DNA of 64,000 nucleotides from Leucoraja ocellata (GCA_036785375.1 JAWMAR010000058.1:6324001-6388000), one strand, 5' to 3'. Positions 11,261 through 24,880 are shown, numbered from the stretch's first letter. The notes: a model not told the origin generated them from the sequence alone. Program-made: numbers and translations.

Positions 11261-13547
11261 ATATAGTATGAATTTTTCTGTGAGCTAACATATTATATAG
11301 TGTGGTCAACAGTCAATATTATGTGCTTGATCTCCATGATGGTTTTGAATAAAAGATTTTAAAATCTATCATCTTAATAATAACTTTCCAAAGATCCATT
11401 TTCTAACTGTAGACACACTTAGTGGGGAACTTGAGTGCCTGAAGCTGGGAGGTTTTCTGGAATGGAGAGTCTGTATTCTTCACCAGCACAAATTTAAATA
11501 GTGAGAGGCTCCACGTTACCTTTTTTGAAAAAGAGATTGTATTAAAAAATAATTAATGTGGCACTTGGAGTTGCGATAATTCGGAATTAATATAAACTGA
11601 TTACCTGTCATAAATTGGAAAATATTTTTTGCAAGCAGATTATTTATTTAAGAGGATTTAAATGCTCTCATAGTTGACTTGTGATAAGATACTAATCTGA
11701 AAAATAATGTAATTAGTATTCATTTGGGTGCAACTTTCATTTATTTTACTAGCCATTATAAAATTTAAATCATAATTAATTTGGAGCTGATAAAGCCATT
11801 ATGTCCTTGAGAAACAATTTATTCTCAGAGCAGAAGAAACCCTCAGAAATGAATAATTATTCAAAATTTCAGTTTGACTAATAAAAAATGATTGTCCAAA
11901 TTTGCCTCATTAAAAGTTGTTACATTTCTCATCTCTGTAGCTGAACTTCACAGTTTAATTTTTTCTTCAATAATTTTTACAAATACATTTTGTATGTCTG
12001 TGAATCTAGATAACTTGTTAAGAAATAAAGCTAATCCGGCCTCTTGGGAAAACGGATGAGCATGACCTTAGTGAAGTGTACTTTGCAATAGGAAACTTAA
12101 ACAAATTTGAAGAATAAAGGTGCAAGTATTTTACTTCTGTCACCTATTACAATGCATGTTCAAATGAGGCCTTATCTATATCTAATATCATGTATCATGA
12201 ATGTTTTCCTTTAACGGAAAAGTTTGGCATAACAGTATGTTTTTTCTCGGGTTAGGGTAAGTTACGGACCACAATTTCTTGCCATTGACAAACGACCGAT
12301 GCATTCTTGCCAATGGTAAATTTTTTGCAGATTCAATGTCAACTTGAGCTTTTGTGTCAACCAAGCCTCAATGGAAAGGTTCTATGTGACAGTGCTAAAG
12401 GCATCATGTTGGGGGAGTGGATGGTGCAGGAATTACAGAAATATCTCTTCTCATAAAATAGCTGAAAGTTTATTGAGAGATGGCTGAGCCTCCTCCATGC
12501 CAATCCCCACACCTGGGGTCTGCTGTCAAACAGTAAATGTTTTTGACTTTCAGAAACACAAAAAACAAAATAATTATTCATTAAAATTACTGAAAATATA
12601 AAAGAACCAAAACGCAATAATACATTACACTTTTAAACAATTTGAGCATGTAACTTTGTTTTAAAAAATGGCATTAACTCAATTTCTTGGTTCCTCAGCT
12701 GTCGCTATCTATTCAAATAAACGGAGATGATATTCTGTGGCAGTTCTGATTTGACACGGGTTCTGCAGACAGATTGATGTGTGTAAGGGCTGGGGAACTA
12801 CACAATCATCTGCTTTGCTGCTGATCTTGAGAACTTCAGTATCTAATGTGCGAGCACAGTCTGGAGACTGAAGAAAAGTAACCAGAAAAAGAGCATGAGA
12901 TGCTGGTCCAAGTGTGCCTCCTGAGCTGCAGGATTCTATGGAAAAGTGTTTAATGGGTTTCAAATCATTAGTAGAGGATGAAGATAAATGGATAACGTCA
13001 CTTTAAAAGGCTGGAGCTATTAACAGCCGAAATGTTGACCAAAGTAAGATCTATTAAAGTAAATTATGAACTCCAAACGTCCAATTGATTAACTATTAAA
13101 GGCCAGTGCTGAATGTCAGTGAGTAATATTTTCTTTCATCACATCTTGATTCCAATGTAATTGCAGTTATTTACTCCCATCGACCAGCAGCACTAAATTG
13201 TATTGGTTTTACAAGAAAGCCAAATCGGGTGATTTCTTCTGCAGTAAAGAAAACCCACAAGGATTGCATTGATTAGCTAGATTATTAAATATGAGACATG
13301 AAACACATCTATGTGTTACTGAGATAATTTAAATACAAATAAATAAGGACAATTATTTAAGGCAGTGTTCTATTTTACTGAGCTCTTGACTGTCATCTAT
13401 GTATACAAAAATAAGTCTCTTTAAAATTCTATACATCTGTCTTTACCTTATTCAAAGAATGGAACAGTTCAGCTGTTTGACTGTTAAGAGTTTCAGAACT
13501 TTTCTTTCTCCTACCTCGAAATGAAATCAGGTACTCAATATACTGCT

Positions 13548-13842
13548 TGATTGAAATTGATTGAAAGATACAGCCTAGAAAAGGCTTTTCGGCTCACGAA
13601 GTCCACTTCGACCATTGATCACCCATTCACACTCATTCTATTTTATCCCACTTTTGCATCCACTTTCTCTACACACTCGGAGAACCTACCAACCCACATG
13701 TCTTTGGGATGTGGGTGGAAACCAGAGCACCAGGAGGACACCCACAAGGTCACAGAGAAAACGTGCACACTTCACAAAGACAGCACCCGAAGTCAGGACA
13801 AACCCAGATCTCTGGCACTATGAGGCAGTAGCTCTACCTGCT
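13548..13842 (-). mobile_element. HE1-like SINE
   Basis: atgtctttgggatgtgggtggaaaccagagcac...cagcacccgaagtcagga matches the other HE1-like copies. Confidence 0.8.
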
Positions 13843-15757
13843 TTTTGTTTGAGGTACTTCATGCGAATGAGGGTCAGATGCACCAAGGGCAATTGGCATA
13901 TGCATTGATGTTAATGAGTGCGCAATGCTCAGTTTGCCTTTGTAGACAAAATCAGCCCATGTATATGAGGTCTGTGAACAGTGTTGGCTTCAATTGGCCT
14001 GCATTTATGTTACCTGGAACATCTGAGAAATCCATCTTCTCTCATGTAGTTTTTGTTTTTTCTTGGTGATTACTTCTAGCGAACTGATCACCCATCTCTT
14101 TGAAAAAACAATCCAACCTATCCACTAGTGTCCCTATGATCCATGCTGACATTTTCACTGATAAAATGACATCAGTAGTGTGGAATGAATTGTGATAGGC
14201 TATCAATTTGTGTAAATCACAGTTGCATGCAGATGCCCATGTAATATATTAAATCATTTTTATGTGCATCCAGTTGACATGTTGTCAATGCATCTTTTAT
14301 CTCACTATTTTGCATTATAAATTATTTTATTCAGACTTGTTCATCAGACTTGCCACTGTGATGGTGCATTATCTTGAAATATAATCCAATATTTACAATC
14401 AGAGTTTTAACTTTTTTCTCCTATATCCTGCATCCTTGGATGATGATGACATGTTTTTGAATATTTCATTATATTTTGTTAATTATTCATTCAAACAACC
14501 TCACATTAATATTTAATTTAAAATCCCTGAAGAACGGAAAACAAAATTGATACTTTCTAAATAAAAGATTCAATGCTTAGCCTGCACGGAATTTACAATA
14601 CAAAAATACATCTTGTGTTCTTCAGTGCAAAAAAAAAGTGAATTAGGTTTAAATATTGTTTATACTTTGCTTGTTGAAGCAGAATATTTTATTTCAGATA
14701 TATTCTGGCATTGTTAACCTTGGACACGAGTTTATATTATATTTGAGATAGATTCTTAGAAAAGTAAATTACATAATGAATCATGGAATTGACCAATTTA
14801 GACTTGATAATGTGGAATGAAGAGGAACTAGCTCTAGAGAAGGAACTTCTGGAGAAGAGTGATCGTAACTTGATAGAATTTCACATTCAGTTTGAGGGTA
14901 AGAAACAGGTGCTTTAAATGTAAATAAAGGTAATTGCAAAGGTCTAAAGTGGACTAGAAAAATAGATTAAAAGTTGATGAAGTGGAAGGTTTAAATAAAT
15001 ATGTTCAACCAAGAAATATCTCATTGGAAATACTGTTAAGAGAAAGGTAACTCATCCGTGACTAACAAAAGAAATTAAGCAGAGTGTCAGAGTAAAAGTA
15101 AAGGTGTGCAGTGCTGTGAAGATTAATGGTGCAGATAGGTGAATGTTCAAAACTAGTAAAAGGTGATTCAGATAAAATGAAAAGGTTAAATTAAATTATG
15201 AAAGTAAAGTAGCAAGAAATATGTTAAAATAACAATGTTCACAATAATTTTAAAAAGTAGCAAGTAGTTGGCCCCTTAGAGGTTGAGTGAGGAATGAGTA
15301 ATGGGAAATATACAACTGGCAGAGCATTATCCATCCATCACCCAGGCAGAAGATGAGGGTTGCATCCTAATAATACCATAAAAATGAGAGGGAACAGAAG
15401 AGGAGGAACTTTGAAGAAATATTCTAATTAGAGCAAAAGGTTCTTATCAAACAAATGGATCTAAAGGCTAACGAGTGGATCTGATTGCCTGCATCCTTAT
15501 GTATTAAAGAAGGTATCTACAACAATAATGTATGTATTGGTTATTACCGGACAGAGTTACCTTGTTGCAGTGTTGGAAAACTGCAAATGTAGCCTCCATC
15601 CAAAAATGTGATGCAAAATATAGGTGAGCCTGTCTTTGGTAAAATGCTAGTGATTTTACAGGACATTTGGAAATCCATATTGCAAACAGAGTCAAGGTGA
15701 CTTAATGAAAGGGAAATTGTATTTGAGTTATTTCAGGATATAATGAGCAGGGTAGAT

Positions 15758-16348
15758 GATGGGATTGATAGGGTGGTCAAGAAGGCTTTAGACACATTGA
15801 CCTTCATCAGTCAGAGTATTGAGAATAGAAGTTTTGTTACATTTGTACAAGTCATTGGTGAGGCCACATTTTGTGTTCAGTTTTGGTCACCCTGTTATAG
15901 TGAAGATGTTGTTGAGCTGGAAAAGGTCCAGATAAGTTACAAGGATATTGCCAGGACTGGAGGGCCTGAGCTATAGGGAAAGGTTGAGCAGGCTAGGACT
16001 TTATTCCTTGGAGCACAGGAGGATGATCTTGGGATGGAACAGGTAGGGTAAATGCACAGTATTTTATCCAATGTAGGGGAAACATGAACCAGAGGACATG
16101 GATTTAAAGAGACGGGGGAAAGATTTAATAGAAACCTTAGGAGCAACTTTTTTACGTAAAGGGTGGTAGGTATATGGAACGAACTGCTGGAGGGGGTCAT
16201 TTGGACATGTACATAGATAGGATAGATTTGGAGGGGTATGGGCCAATCGCGGGCAGGTGGTACTAGTGTATTCGGGGCATGTTGGTTGGCGTGGACAAGT
16301 TGGTCCGAAGGGCCTGTTTCTATGCTGTATGAATCTATACCTATGACT
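15758..16348 (+). mobile_element. Nested CR1 3' end
   Basis: DRVVKKA..FISQSIE..CVQFWSP; 3' UTR aagggcctgtttctatgctgtatga. Confidence 0.8.
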
Positions 16349-17195
16349 TTAACCAGTACATGTGGTATATTTGGATTTCCATATCACATTCGATAAAGTG
16401 CCACCTAAAAGATTACTATTCATGGCATTTGGTGTTATAGCTTGCACATAGAATGGGGCTAACTAATAGAATAGTTGGGAAAGATCATTTTTATGTTAGT
16501 AAGCTGTAACCAATTGGTTGCCACAAGGATAAATGCTGGAACCTCAACTATTTTAATGACTTGGATAAGGAGGCTCAGTATATTGCTTCTAAATTTATTT
16601 TGAGTATCAAAACTGGTGGGGATACAATTGGTGAGAAAGACACGGAGTGTCTGTAAAGGGAGAAAGTGGGCAAACAAATTGGCAAATGTAGTGTGGGGAA
16701 ATGTAAAGTTACACACAGAAAGGGGGTACTGAAAAGCAATTTAAATGGAAACAGACTCACAGTTCAGGACGGGGTCAATGTTTGTGCACTGGCACAGCAA
16801 ATAATTAATAAGGCATATGGAATGGCCTTTCTTGCAAGAGGGATGGAGTATAAACGTAATGAAGCCTTGCCATAACCATTGGGATCAATGTTTTGAACTA
16901 GGAAGAACAAATGGTGATCTTATTGAAATATCGATACTTAAGGAGATAATGTTGAGATTATGATTCCCAATTTTAGGGGAGTCTAAAACCAAGGGTCAAA
17001 GTTTCCGAGCGTGTGGGTTCCCAAAGAGGTCTGAATCTATGGTAATGCCTATCCTAGAGAGATGGTGGGAAGATTATTGAATATGTTCAAGGCTGAGAGG
17101 CAGAATTTGGGGCATTGAGTGAGAGGCAGAATTTGGGGCATTGAGTGAGTTGAGGATTATGAGGGCAGGCATAAAAGGTGAGTTGAGAGCAGTTT

Positions 17196-17790
17196 CATAA
17201 GGCCATAAGTGATAGGAGCAGAATTAGGCCATTAGGCCCATCAAGACTGCTGCGGCATTCTATTATGGCCGATCTGTCTCTCCCTACTAACCCCATTCTC
17301 CTGCCTTTTCTCCATAACCCTTGACACCCGTACTAACCAAGAATCTATCTATCTATCTGTCTTAAAAATATCCAATGACTTGGCCTCAACAGCCTTCTGT
17401 GGCAAAGAATTTCACAGATTCACTACCATCTGACTAAAGAAATTCTTCCTCACCTTCCTAAAGGGATGTCCTTTAATTCTGAGGCAATGACCTCCGTCCC
17501 TAGTCTCTCCCACTTGTGGAAACATCCTCTCCACATCGACTCAATCCATACTTTCACTATTCGGTAAGTTTCAATGAGATTTCCCCCTCATCCTTCTGAA
17601 CTCCAGCGAGTACATGCCCAGCGCCGTCAAATGCTCATCATATGCTAACCCACTCATTCCTGGGATCATTCTTGTAAACCTCCTCTGGACATTCTCCAGG
17701 GTCAGCGCATCATTCCTCAGCTATGGTGCCCAAAATTGCTTAGAATACTCCAAATATGGCCTCACCCACGCCTGATAGAGCCTCAACATG
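17196..17790 (-). mobile_element. Nested CR1 3' end
   Basis: cataaggccataagtgataggagcagaattaggccatt tail and reverse-strand ORF2 C-terminus. Confidence 0.85.
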
Positions 17791-18250
17791 TTTTAGATGT
17801 GCCAGGATCTTCATTGTGAGAGCAGCTTGAGGCTATTTGGTGCACTTCTACTATTTATTTTGTTTGATTGAGCTATCAATAAAAAAGCACAACAATCAAG
17901 GTCTTCAACATATGTCGAGAGTAACTTGTCGTGATATAGATTAAAACTGTCACATTACTGTATAAAACTACATAATATGTGCACCACAGTCTAATCTGCC
18001 CAAGTGGTTCTCATTGATTTTATGCATGACATAAGTTGCCTCCTGCCATTATTCACTCAGCATATCTTAATTTCCATTTGTATCTAGCTATATTATTAGC
18101 CTGTATTGCTTGCTTCCATAAGGTCATGTGAGTAATGAAATGAGTAACATCTAGCCAAAAAAGCAAACTGTTGGAGGAACAGAGGTGGTCAAGAAGCATT
18201 GGTGGAGACAGAAGGGTAGTCGATGTTTTGGGAAGAGACACTGCTCAGGT

Positions 18251-18420
18251 AACCAAAGACAGACACAAAGTGCATGAGTAACTCAGTGGGTCTGAAAAGT
18301 CTGAAGAAGGGTCCTGGCCCAAAACTTTACCTAGCCTTTTTCTCCAGAGATGCTGCCTGACCCGCTGAGATACTCCAGCACTTTGTGTCTATCTTTGGTA
18401 TAAACCAGTTCTTTGTTCCT
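18251..18420 (+). mobile_element. Penelope-derived foldback element with decayed hammerhead core
   Basis: Inverted arms accaaagacagacacaaagtgc..gagtaactcagtgggtc and gacccgctgagatactccagcactttgtgtctatctttggt; CTGAAGAAGGGTCCTGGCCCAAAAC at 18301. Confidence 0.8.
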
Positions 18421-19184
18421 ACTGTTTTTCCATATTGTAACCACTCTGGTTAAAGGAATTTCTCTTTAATTTCTTAGATTTTATCACGATCATCCTTTGG
18501 TTATGGGTCCCAAAATTAATTCATGGAAATTAGCACGTTGTGATGTTTCTTTTTTTTTTCTTTTTTTTTTTAACAGCCAAGAATCACATTCTCATTATAG
18601 TTCCGAGTTGCATTCTTGTAGTACTGCAAAATTGTTCAACAATGAAGGAATGCTACAGTGGTTTGGGATGATAACCATCTTTAGCTATGATTAAAATGTG
18701 ATTTCAATTCCATCTCTCCAGAGATGCTGCCTGCCCCGCAGAGTTACTCCAGCATTTTGTGTCTATCTTCAGTTTTTATAATATGTGTGGAAGAATGTGT
18801 GATATGTGATTGATGGGGCAATGCTGAAATGGAAGAAATGTATTCTTTAGAAGGATGTTGTATCCTATAAACAATGCAACCAAATAAAAATTGTGAATGA
18901 TTGGGGGTTTTATGCAATAACCTTTTAGTGACAACACTGAGTTGGTTAATGATGCTATGTTCTTTGTTTCATATGTTATCTGAACCACTCATAAGGTTCC
19001 AACATTGCATTCATTTCATTCCATAAAATCTATCAGAGCCCATCCAATTAGACAGCAGATTTATAACTCTCTTGAAAAATTGCAGCTTTGATTGCTATTG
19101 ATTGCCATTGGGATATTCATTAAAATTGATTGATGTCCACCATTAAGCAGTGATAAAATAATATTTTGCTAACTTTGTACTCAG

Positions 19185-19375
19185 AGATGCGCAGGCAAGT
19201 AAGCAGTGCAGAGTTGAAGAACCAACGGTTGAAGGAGGTGTTCCATAAGAAGATTCAGGAATTCCGAGCTGTCTGCTACACCCTGACGGGTTACAAGATT
19301 GATGTCACGACAGAGAACCAGTACAAGCTGTCATCAATATATGCAGAGCACCCGGATGACTATCTGATGTTTAAG
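19185..19375 (+). CDS. MAD1L1: Internal (penultimate) coding exon of mitotic spindle assembly checkpoint protein MAD1
   Basis: Translation (E)[63 protein letters not shown] matches the vertebrate MAD1 C-terminal region, recalled for human as [64 protein letters not shown]. Acceptor ttgtactcAG ends at 19184, branch-point-like GCTAAC at 19168, donor AAG|GTAAGA at 19375/19376. Length 191 nt, phase 1 to phase 0. Confidence 0.97.
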
Positions 19376-19559
19376 GTAAGATCACAGGGAGAGGGGAGAA
19401 TGCAGCAGTACCAGAACTGTTCGCATTTGAAGCAAATCTTTTTATTTCTCTTCATCACGGACTAGTTTCCATCTGAATTTCATTGTACTTACCTCAAAAT
19501 GGTACCATTTCATTTATAATGATTATTTGTTGAAGGTTTCCTTTTATTCTGATTCAAAT

Positions 19560-20460
19560 TGCTCTGTGCTGTTCCGTGGAATGTAGTAGTAATATGAGGG
19601 TTTTTACCAGTTATTGTCAAAGGGCTGTTGGTCATTCTAATCCATTCACCTGGGTCTGATGTGTTTCATAGATCATCGAGTATCGTTATCAATATTGATC
19701 ATTTCCCAAGGTGTTATTGATGATTCTTAATTTGTTACTTATTCATTCTAATAGTATCATCCTTTAATACGCCAGTTGTACGGAAAGGATCATGTGGCTT
19801 ATATCTAAGCAACATGAGTACTTTGCTTGGATTATGCTGATGAGACTAGTTTTAAAGTTTGTGATTGCTGGAATGTTTGTTCAAGAATTATTCCCTATAC
19901 AAAGTGACTATTCTAAAAATTGTTTCCATGGACACTCTGTTGTCAAAAGAGCTAAAATCTGAAGAAGATGCATATACCTGGGAAATAATTAATCTAATTC
20001 TTCGTGGATGGAGACGGAAGACTACACCGAGCTTCTTTATGACATATTCTTCAATGTCATCCCAAGTGCTTGTCATCCATTTAGAACAGTCAAGGGTAAA
20101 GGGTTCCCACAAGGTAATGCAGGTATTGCAGTGTATTGGGGAAACTTTGATTACATCCTTGGGTCTTTTTGTTTGTTCATCTGGTAATCGTTGGCATAAT
20201 GGAGCTCAGAATATCGTGTTTGTTTTAGATGTCTGGCATTGGGCTGCAAATCTGTTCTGCCTATTGGAACTGATGGAGTGTGATGAGGGCTTCAGTGTTG
20301 TGATATTAACCTGTGAGAGGATGCTATTATCCCTTTCTAGATTCTGATTGTGGTATACCTCAGGCAATCCAGACGTTGTGGACCTCGTTGCATGGGTGTT
20401 ATAAGGCTGCCTGTGAAGAGCCATCTTCCTGGGATCCTTGACATTTCAATATTAATAGTG
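19560..20460 (-). mobile_element. Ancient RTE-like LINE RT remnant (tentative)
   Basis: Reverse-strand motifs appear in RT order: DFSSFDNRVSMETIFRIVTLY (like DFxKAFDSV...IL..YGI), TTGVLKDDT (like TTGVLQGDT), then a DDL. Confidence 0.4.
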
Positions 20461-20809
20461 TCTTGTACTGCTATTATTTTGGGGTCAGGCTGATTGAAGT
20501 AATGGAAGGGATTAGCTGGTCAATAAACCAACAGATATAGGTGCCTATCATGGTGGAGCTAATGTAGAGACAATCTTGGTGGCTCATGCTCAGAATACGA
20601 TATTATTTAACAGATGACTTCATAGAATATAGGTGTTGCCATGATATCTCATGCATGACTCTCTGTCATTACAAAATACTGGTTATGATAATAACATACG
20701 CTAACCATTTTGGCAGAAGGTAGACATTATTTGAGTTATTTTTCTTCCCGCCATGCCAACCACACCTTTCCAAAACCATTTAATTCATAGCGAAAGATTG
20801 ATTTGTCAC

Positions 20810-22700
20810 TCTCTGACGTGGGCTGGGACTTATTGAGGACCATATCCATCTACACAGATATACGTCTAATTTGGTCTTTGAGTGGCCCTATTCTCGTTCT
20901 AATTACCCATTTCCCTTAATATACATTTCATTGGATTCTAAGTAATTATAACAATTAAAGCTATCTCACACCACCGATCTATAAAGCTATCTTATGCCCT
21001 GATTTTCTTGTGCATTCCTGTATATTTGTTACTCCTCCAGAGATTCACTTGATCCCAACTGCATGTACCTGACCCATTCAACCTCTTTTCTTCTAACCGA
21101 GTCTTCATACCTCTTGACATCCAGTGTTTCCTACTCTTGCCAGCTTTGCCTTCACTCTAAAGGAACATGCAGACCAGGGTGGCACAGGAGCAGAGTTGCT
21201 GCCTTACTGCAGCAGAGACCCAGGTTCGATCCTGACTATGGGTGCTCTCTGTACAGAGTTTGTATTTTCTGCCTGTGACCGCATGGGTTTTCTCCGGGTG
21301 CTCCGGTTTCATCCCACATTACAAAGACGTGCAGGTTTATAGGTTAAATGGGTTCTGTAAATTGTCCCAAGCGTAAAGGATAGAACTAGTGTATGTGTGA
21401 TTGCTGGTCGGCGCGGACTCATTGAGCCTAAGGGCCTGTTTCCACGCTGTAATTTTAAACTAAACCAAACTCACGATATCACACTTTTCGAAGCCTCCCA
21501 CGTGTCATGTGTACCCTTTGCCCGCTGCTTGACCCACTGAGTTACTCCAGCACTTAGCTTTTTTTGTAAACCAGCATCTGCAGTTCCTTGTGTCGCCAAC
21601 TTACACCAATCAACCTTTGTAAGCTCCAGGCCAATACTGTAAAACTCACCATCGCACGATTTAGATCTTTAATTTGTGGAACAGTTCTGTCCTTTTCCAT
21701 AACTATTTAAAAACCCAATGGAACTATGGTAATTGGTTCCAAAGTGCTTCTCAAGATCAGCTCAGACTGTTACCCGGCCTTATTTCCCAAGAGTAGGTTA
21801 AGCTTTACAAAGATCCAAAGTTACCAAATTCCACCCTATTAAAGCCCGGGCACAATAGCAAAATATTGTTTTTGTGACAACTCAATTATTCTTGCAAATA
21901 TCCACAATCTTCCTGTACATTTGTCCCTAATTCCCATTGGCCTATAGTATACACTATAGTATGTGGACTATAGTATATCCCTACAAGGTAATCATCTCCT
22001 TTTTATTTCTCAGCTCCACCCATAAGATTTGACTGGATAATCCCTCAGTAATCTAATCTCGGACTACTATTGTGCTGTAGCCATATTTCTGTAATAGCTA
22101 TTACTTCTGTCGAACGCAGTTTAATCCAATAGTCCTTCTTTGTTCCCTGCCACACTCCTACCCATCTTGTCATTGATGTTGTTGACTTCTCCATCAACTT
22201 CTAACCTCTTATCTGCTTTTCCCACTCCATTACTCACCCAATGTAATCTAGTTTAAACCCTTCCTCGTGGCACTAGAAAATCTGCCCATGAGGATGTTGG
22301 TTCCCTCTCCAGTTCAGGTGCAAACTGTCCCTCAATTATACAACACCTCTGATTCACAAGAGATCCCAATGTTCCAAAAATCTGAATCCCTTCCCCCTGC
22401 ACCAACTCATTGGTCCTGTTCGACTATTCCTACATTCACATATGTGGCACTCTAGAGATCTAGAGATTGCTGCCCTCGACGTCATGGTTTTTTAACATTT
22501 TCCCCAGCTCCCTATACTCTCTGTCTACTCCATTTGCCCTTCCTGGTGGTCAGCAAGGCATTGTTTGCCTGCAGCTTAGGTGTAACCACTTTGTTAAAAT
22601 TCTTATCTATCATACTCATCCCGGATGAGACAGTGCATCTAGCTCCAGTTCCTTAATTTGGTCAGTCAGGAGCTGCAGCTGGACACACTTAACACCGGCG
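20810..22700 (-). mobile_element. Decayed CR1 5' half (ORF1 esterase end plus ORF2 endonuclease/linker), interrupted by short elements
   Basis: Reverse strand at 22245-22330 encodes DSLHLNWRGTNILMGRF..RKGLN* (CR1 ORF1 SGNH-esterase C-terminus); YRP-like motif near 21940. Confidence 0.65.
21177..21470 (+). mobile_element. HE1-like tRNA-derived SINE, near full length
   Basis: gggtggcaca head, B box GGTTCGATCC at about 21223, central gggttttctccgggtgctccggtttc, tail gggcctgtttccacgctgta and (TAAAC)n. Confidence 0.88.
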
Positions 22701-23159
22701 ACATTCTGGTTCATCCCATAGAAGGAGCTTGCCACTGCCCGAACTGCCAACCCGACGAAAGAGGAAAGTTAAAAAGACATCACTTTATCTTACTTTCATG
22801 CTGATTAACCTCCTCGCTGAAGCCTCTCGAGCCCAGACCTCAACACTTATCCTCAATCACAGCACTCAACATGTATCCTCAATTACAGGTACAATCACTC
22901 CAACAAAAAGCTGCTCCAAAATGGCTTCACTTACAAAAACCTAAATAACAGGGAGGGCTTTAAATAAGTGTGGGCTTTAGGGCGAGTCTCTCACTGCAGC
23001 TCTATTTGATGGCTTGTATGAAGTTGATAAATGGCTATAGTGAACTAATCAGCAAATAGTAGACAGCTTTTGCATAAAGAGTTCTACCAAATTTAATTCC
23101 ATAATGACCCAGGTGTAATTTCCAGCTATTGCTTTCTCCTCCTTGATTAATAGCATGAA

Positions 23160-23295
23160 AGTTTAGTTTAGTATAGTTTATTTTCACGTGTACTGAGGTA
23201 CAGTGAAAAGCTTTTGTTGCGTGCTACCCAGTCAGTGGAAAGACTATACATGATTACAATCGAGCTATCCACAGTGTACCGATAAAGGGACTAAT
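23160..23295 (-). mobile_element. LINE 3' tail fragment (Rex1-like)
   Basis: gtttagtttag...gaggtacagtgaaaagcttttgttgcgtgcta, same family as 30240-30620. Confidence 0.65.
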
Positions 23296-24880
23296 GGTTT
23301 GTGCAGATACTTCCATTCGACCTGGTCCTTTGGTATCTTCCTACGATCTAGAAGTTCCTTTGCATGATCTTATTAATTGTTGGCCCAGGGATACAATCGG
23401 GCAAAGGGTGTTGGAGATGGCCTGCTTAGCCCTGCCCTGCACAGCGCTGATCTGCTGTCACACCCAAACTGAGTACCCTGTGGTGCTCACTCTTTCTTCT
23501 TATTTCAATATAGGTGGGATGAATGACAAGACCTGGATTTCACCACAATGAATACAACATTGGCAGTCCAATTCAGTGATCTGCAAATTGCAGACTTCAA
23601 TCCATACTCTCAAATCCATTACTCTTTTATTTGCTTGTCTCTTGCTTCCCTGAACAAATATTGCAGTTGAAATCACAAGAATAATTATGTCAATATAAAT
23701 CCCATGCACAGCCAGCAATGACATCCTTTTTGTTGTCAAGTCAAGCCAGCAAAAGGCTTTTCCATTCAATTTTTTCAACATTTTATCGTTAAGTTTGTAA
23801 ATTTGTAGCTGGATAATTAATGTACCTCATTCAGAGGGAGCATATTAATTGAGAAAGATTTAATGAGTTCACCGACCATGTTAATCCTGTCTATTTTAGA
23901 ACTAATTAGTTTATACTGTTAAATACTTTTTTTTTCAACCACACTGGTCTGGATTTTATTTTGCATTAGCAGAATAAATTCAGTATTAACCACTTGTTCA
24001 GTTTCATGGGCCTTCAACTATCTGTAAAAGATTGAATGAATTCATGGAATTTCATGTTCTTTGATGGGAAAGATCAATGTCATCTTCAATGTTTTCTTAT
24101 CTTTACTTTGGAAAACAATTCAAATAGAGCTGAAAGGCTAATTGAAGGGGTGGTGTGAGTGCGAATACCATGTAGACTACACAAATTGGTCCAGTTCCTT
24201 GAGGGACTCAATAAAATTAGCAATAAAATTGCTATATTTATTTGGAGAATTTAGATGTGGCCTACTTTTATTTTTTTTTACATGCTATTCTTTGGCAGGA
24301 TTGCAATTGATCCAATATTGGATCAACAGATGGAAGTCAGTTGAATAGAGAAGAAGAAATTCATCTCTACTTAGCTTTTGTACATATGACTTGAATGTTG
24401 ATAAAAGTTTTGATGTAAACAGATTAAGTGAAGCTACGGCAGAAGCTTCATCATATTTTTGTGTACAATCAAAATATTTTTTTCTAGAGAGTACAACATT
24501 AGTCAGTATGTCAGAGTACATCAGCATATAAGTCGGAGAGGTACTGAACAAGGTACAACAAATTCACAAGGGTGATATCAGAATTGGAAGTTTGTTATAA
24601 TGGACAGATGCATCTGCCAGATTATTGAAGTCAAGCTTTCCCATGTTTCTCAATACCTGCCACTGCAGAATCTGGCAGGTTTATCCGTTGGGATTAGGTC
24701 AATGGTGGTGCTGCCAAGCTTGTTTGTGATGGTCAAGTCTTGATGGGAGAGGGGAGAAAAGGGAATGACCGGAGTGAGACTCGTCCTTGATTATGCTGGT
24801 GGCCTTGCCGAGACAGCATAAAGTGTAGATGGAATCAGTGGAAGGGAGGTTGATTTGTGTGATGGTCTGGACAGCATCTA

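Larger units (their letters stand above)
14860..17860 (+). mobile_element. Old, long, heavily decayed CR1 LINE hosting two younger CR1 insertions
   Basis: Collinear ORF2 remnants WKTANV, SRVD|PVHVVYLDF..FDKVP, KCSVGKCKV and ARGMEYK, interrupted at about 15758-16348 and 17196-17790. Confidence 0.7.

Noticed and set aside
18545-18580. Strong polypyrimidine tract plus AG as an alternative acceptor
   Set aside because: No convincing donor or MAD1-like coding sequence follows; probably just a poly-T run.
19166-19465. 99-aa ORF as a stand-alone gene
   Set aside because: Only 19185-19375 is MAD1-like and bounded by splice sites; the rest is intronic read-through.
21177-21250. tRNA gene
   Set aside because: The B box belongs to the head of an HE1-like SINE; there is no full cloverleaf.
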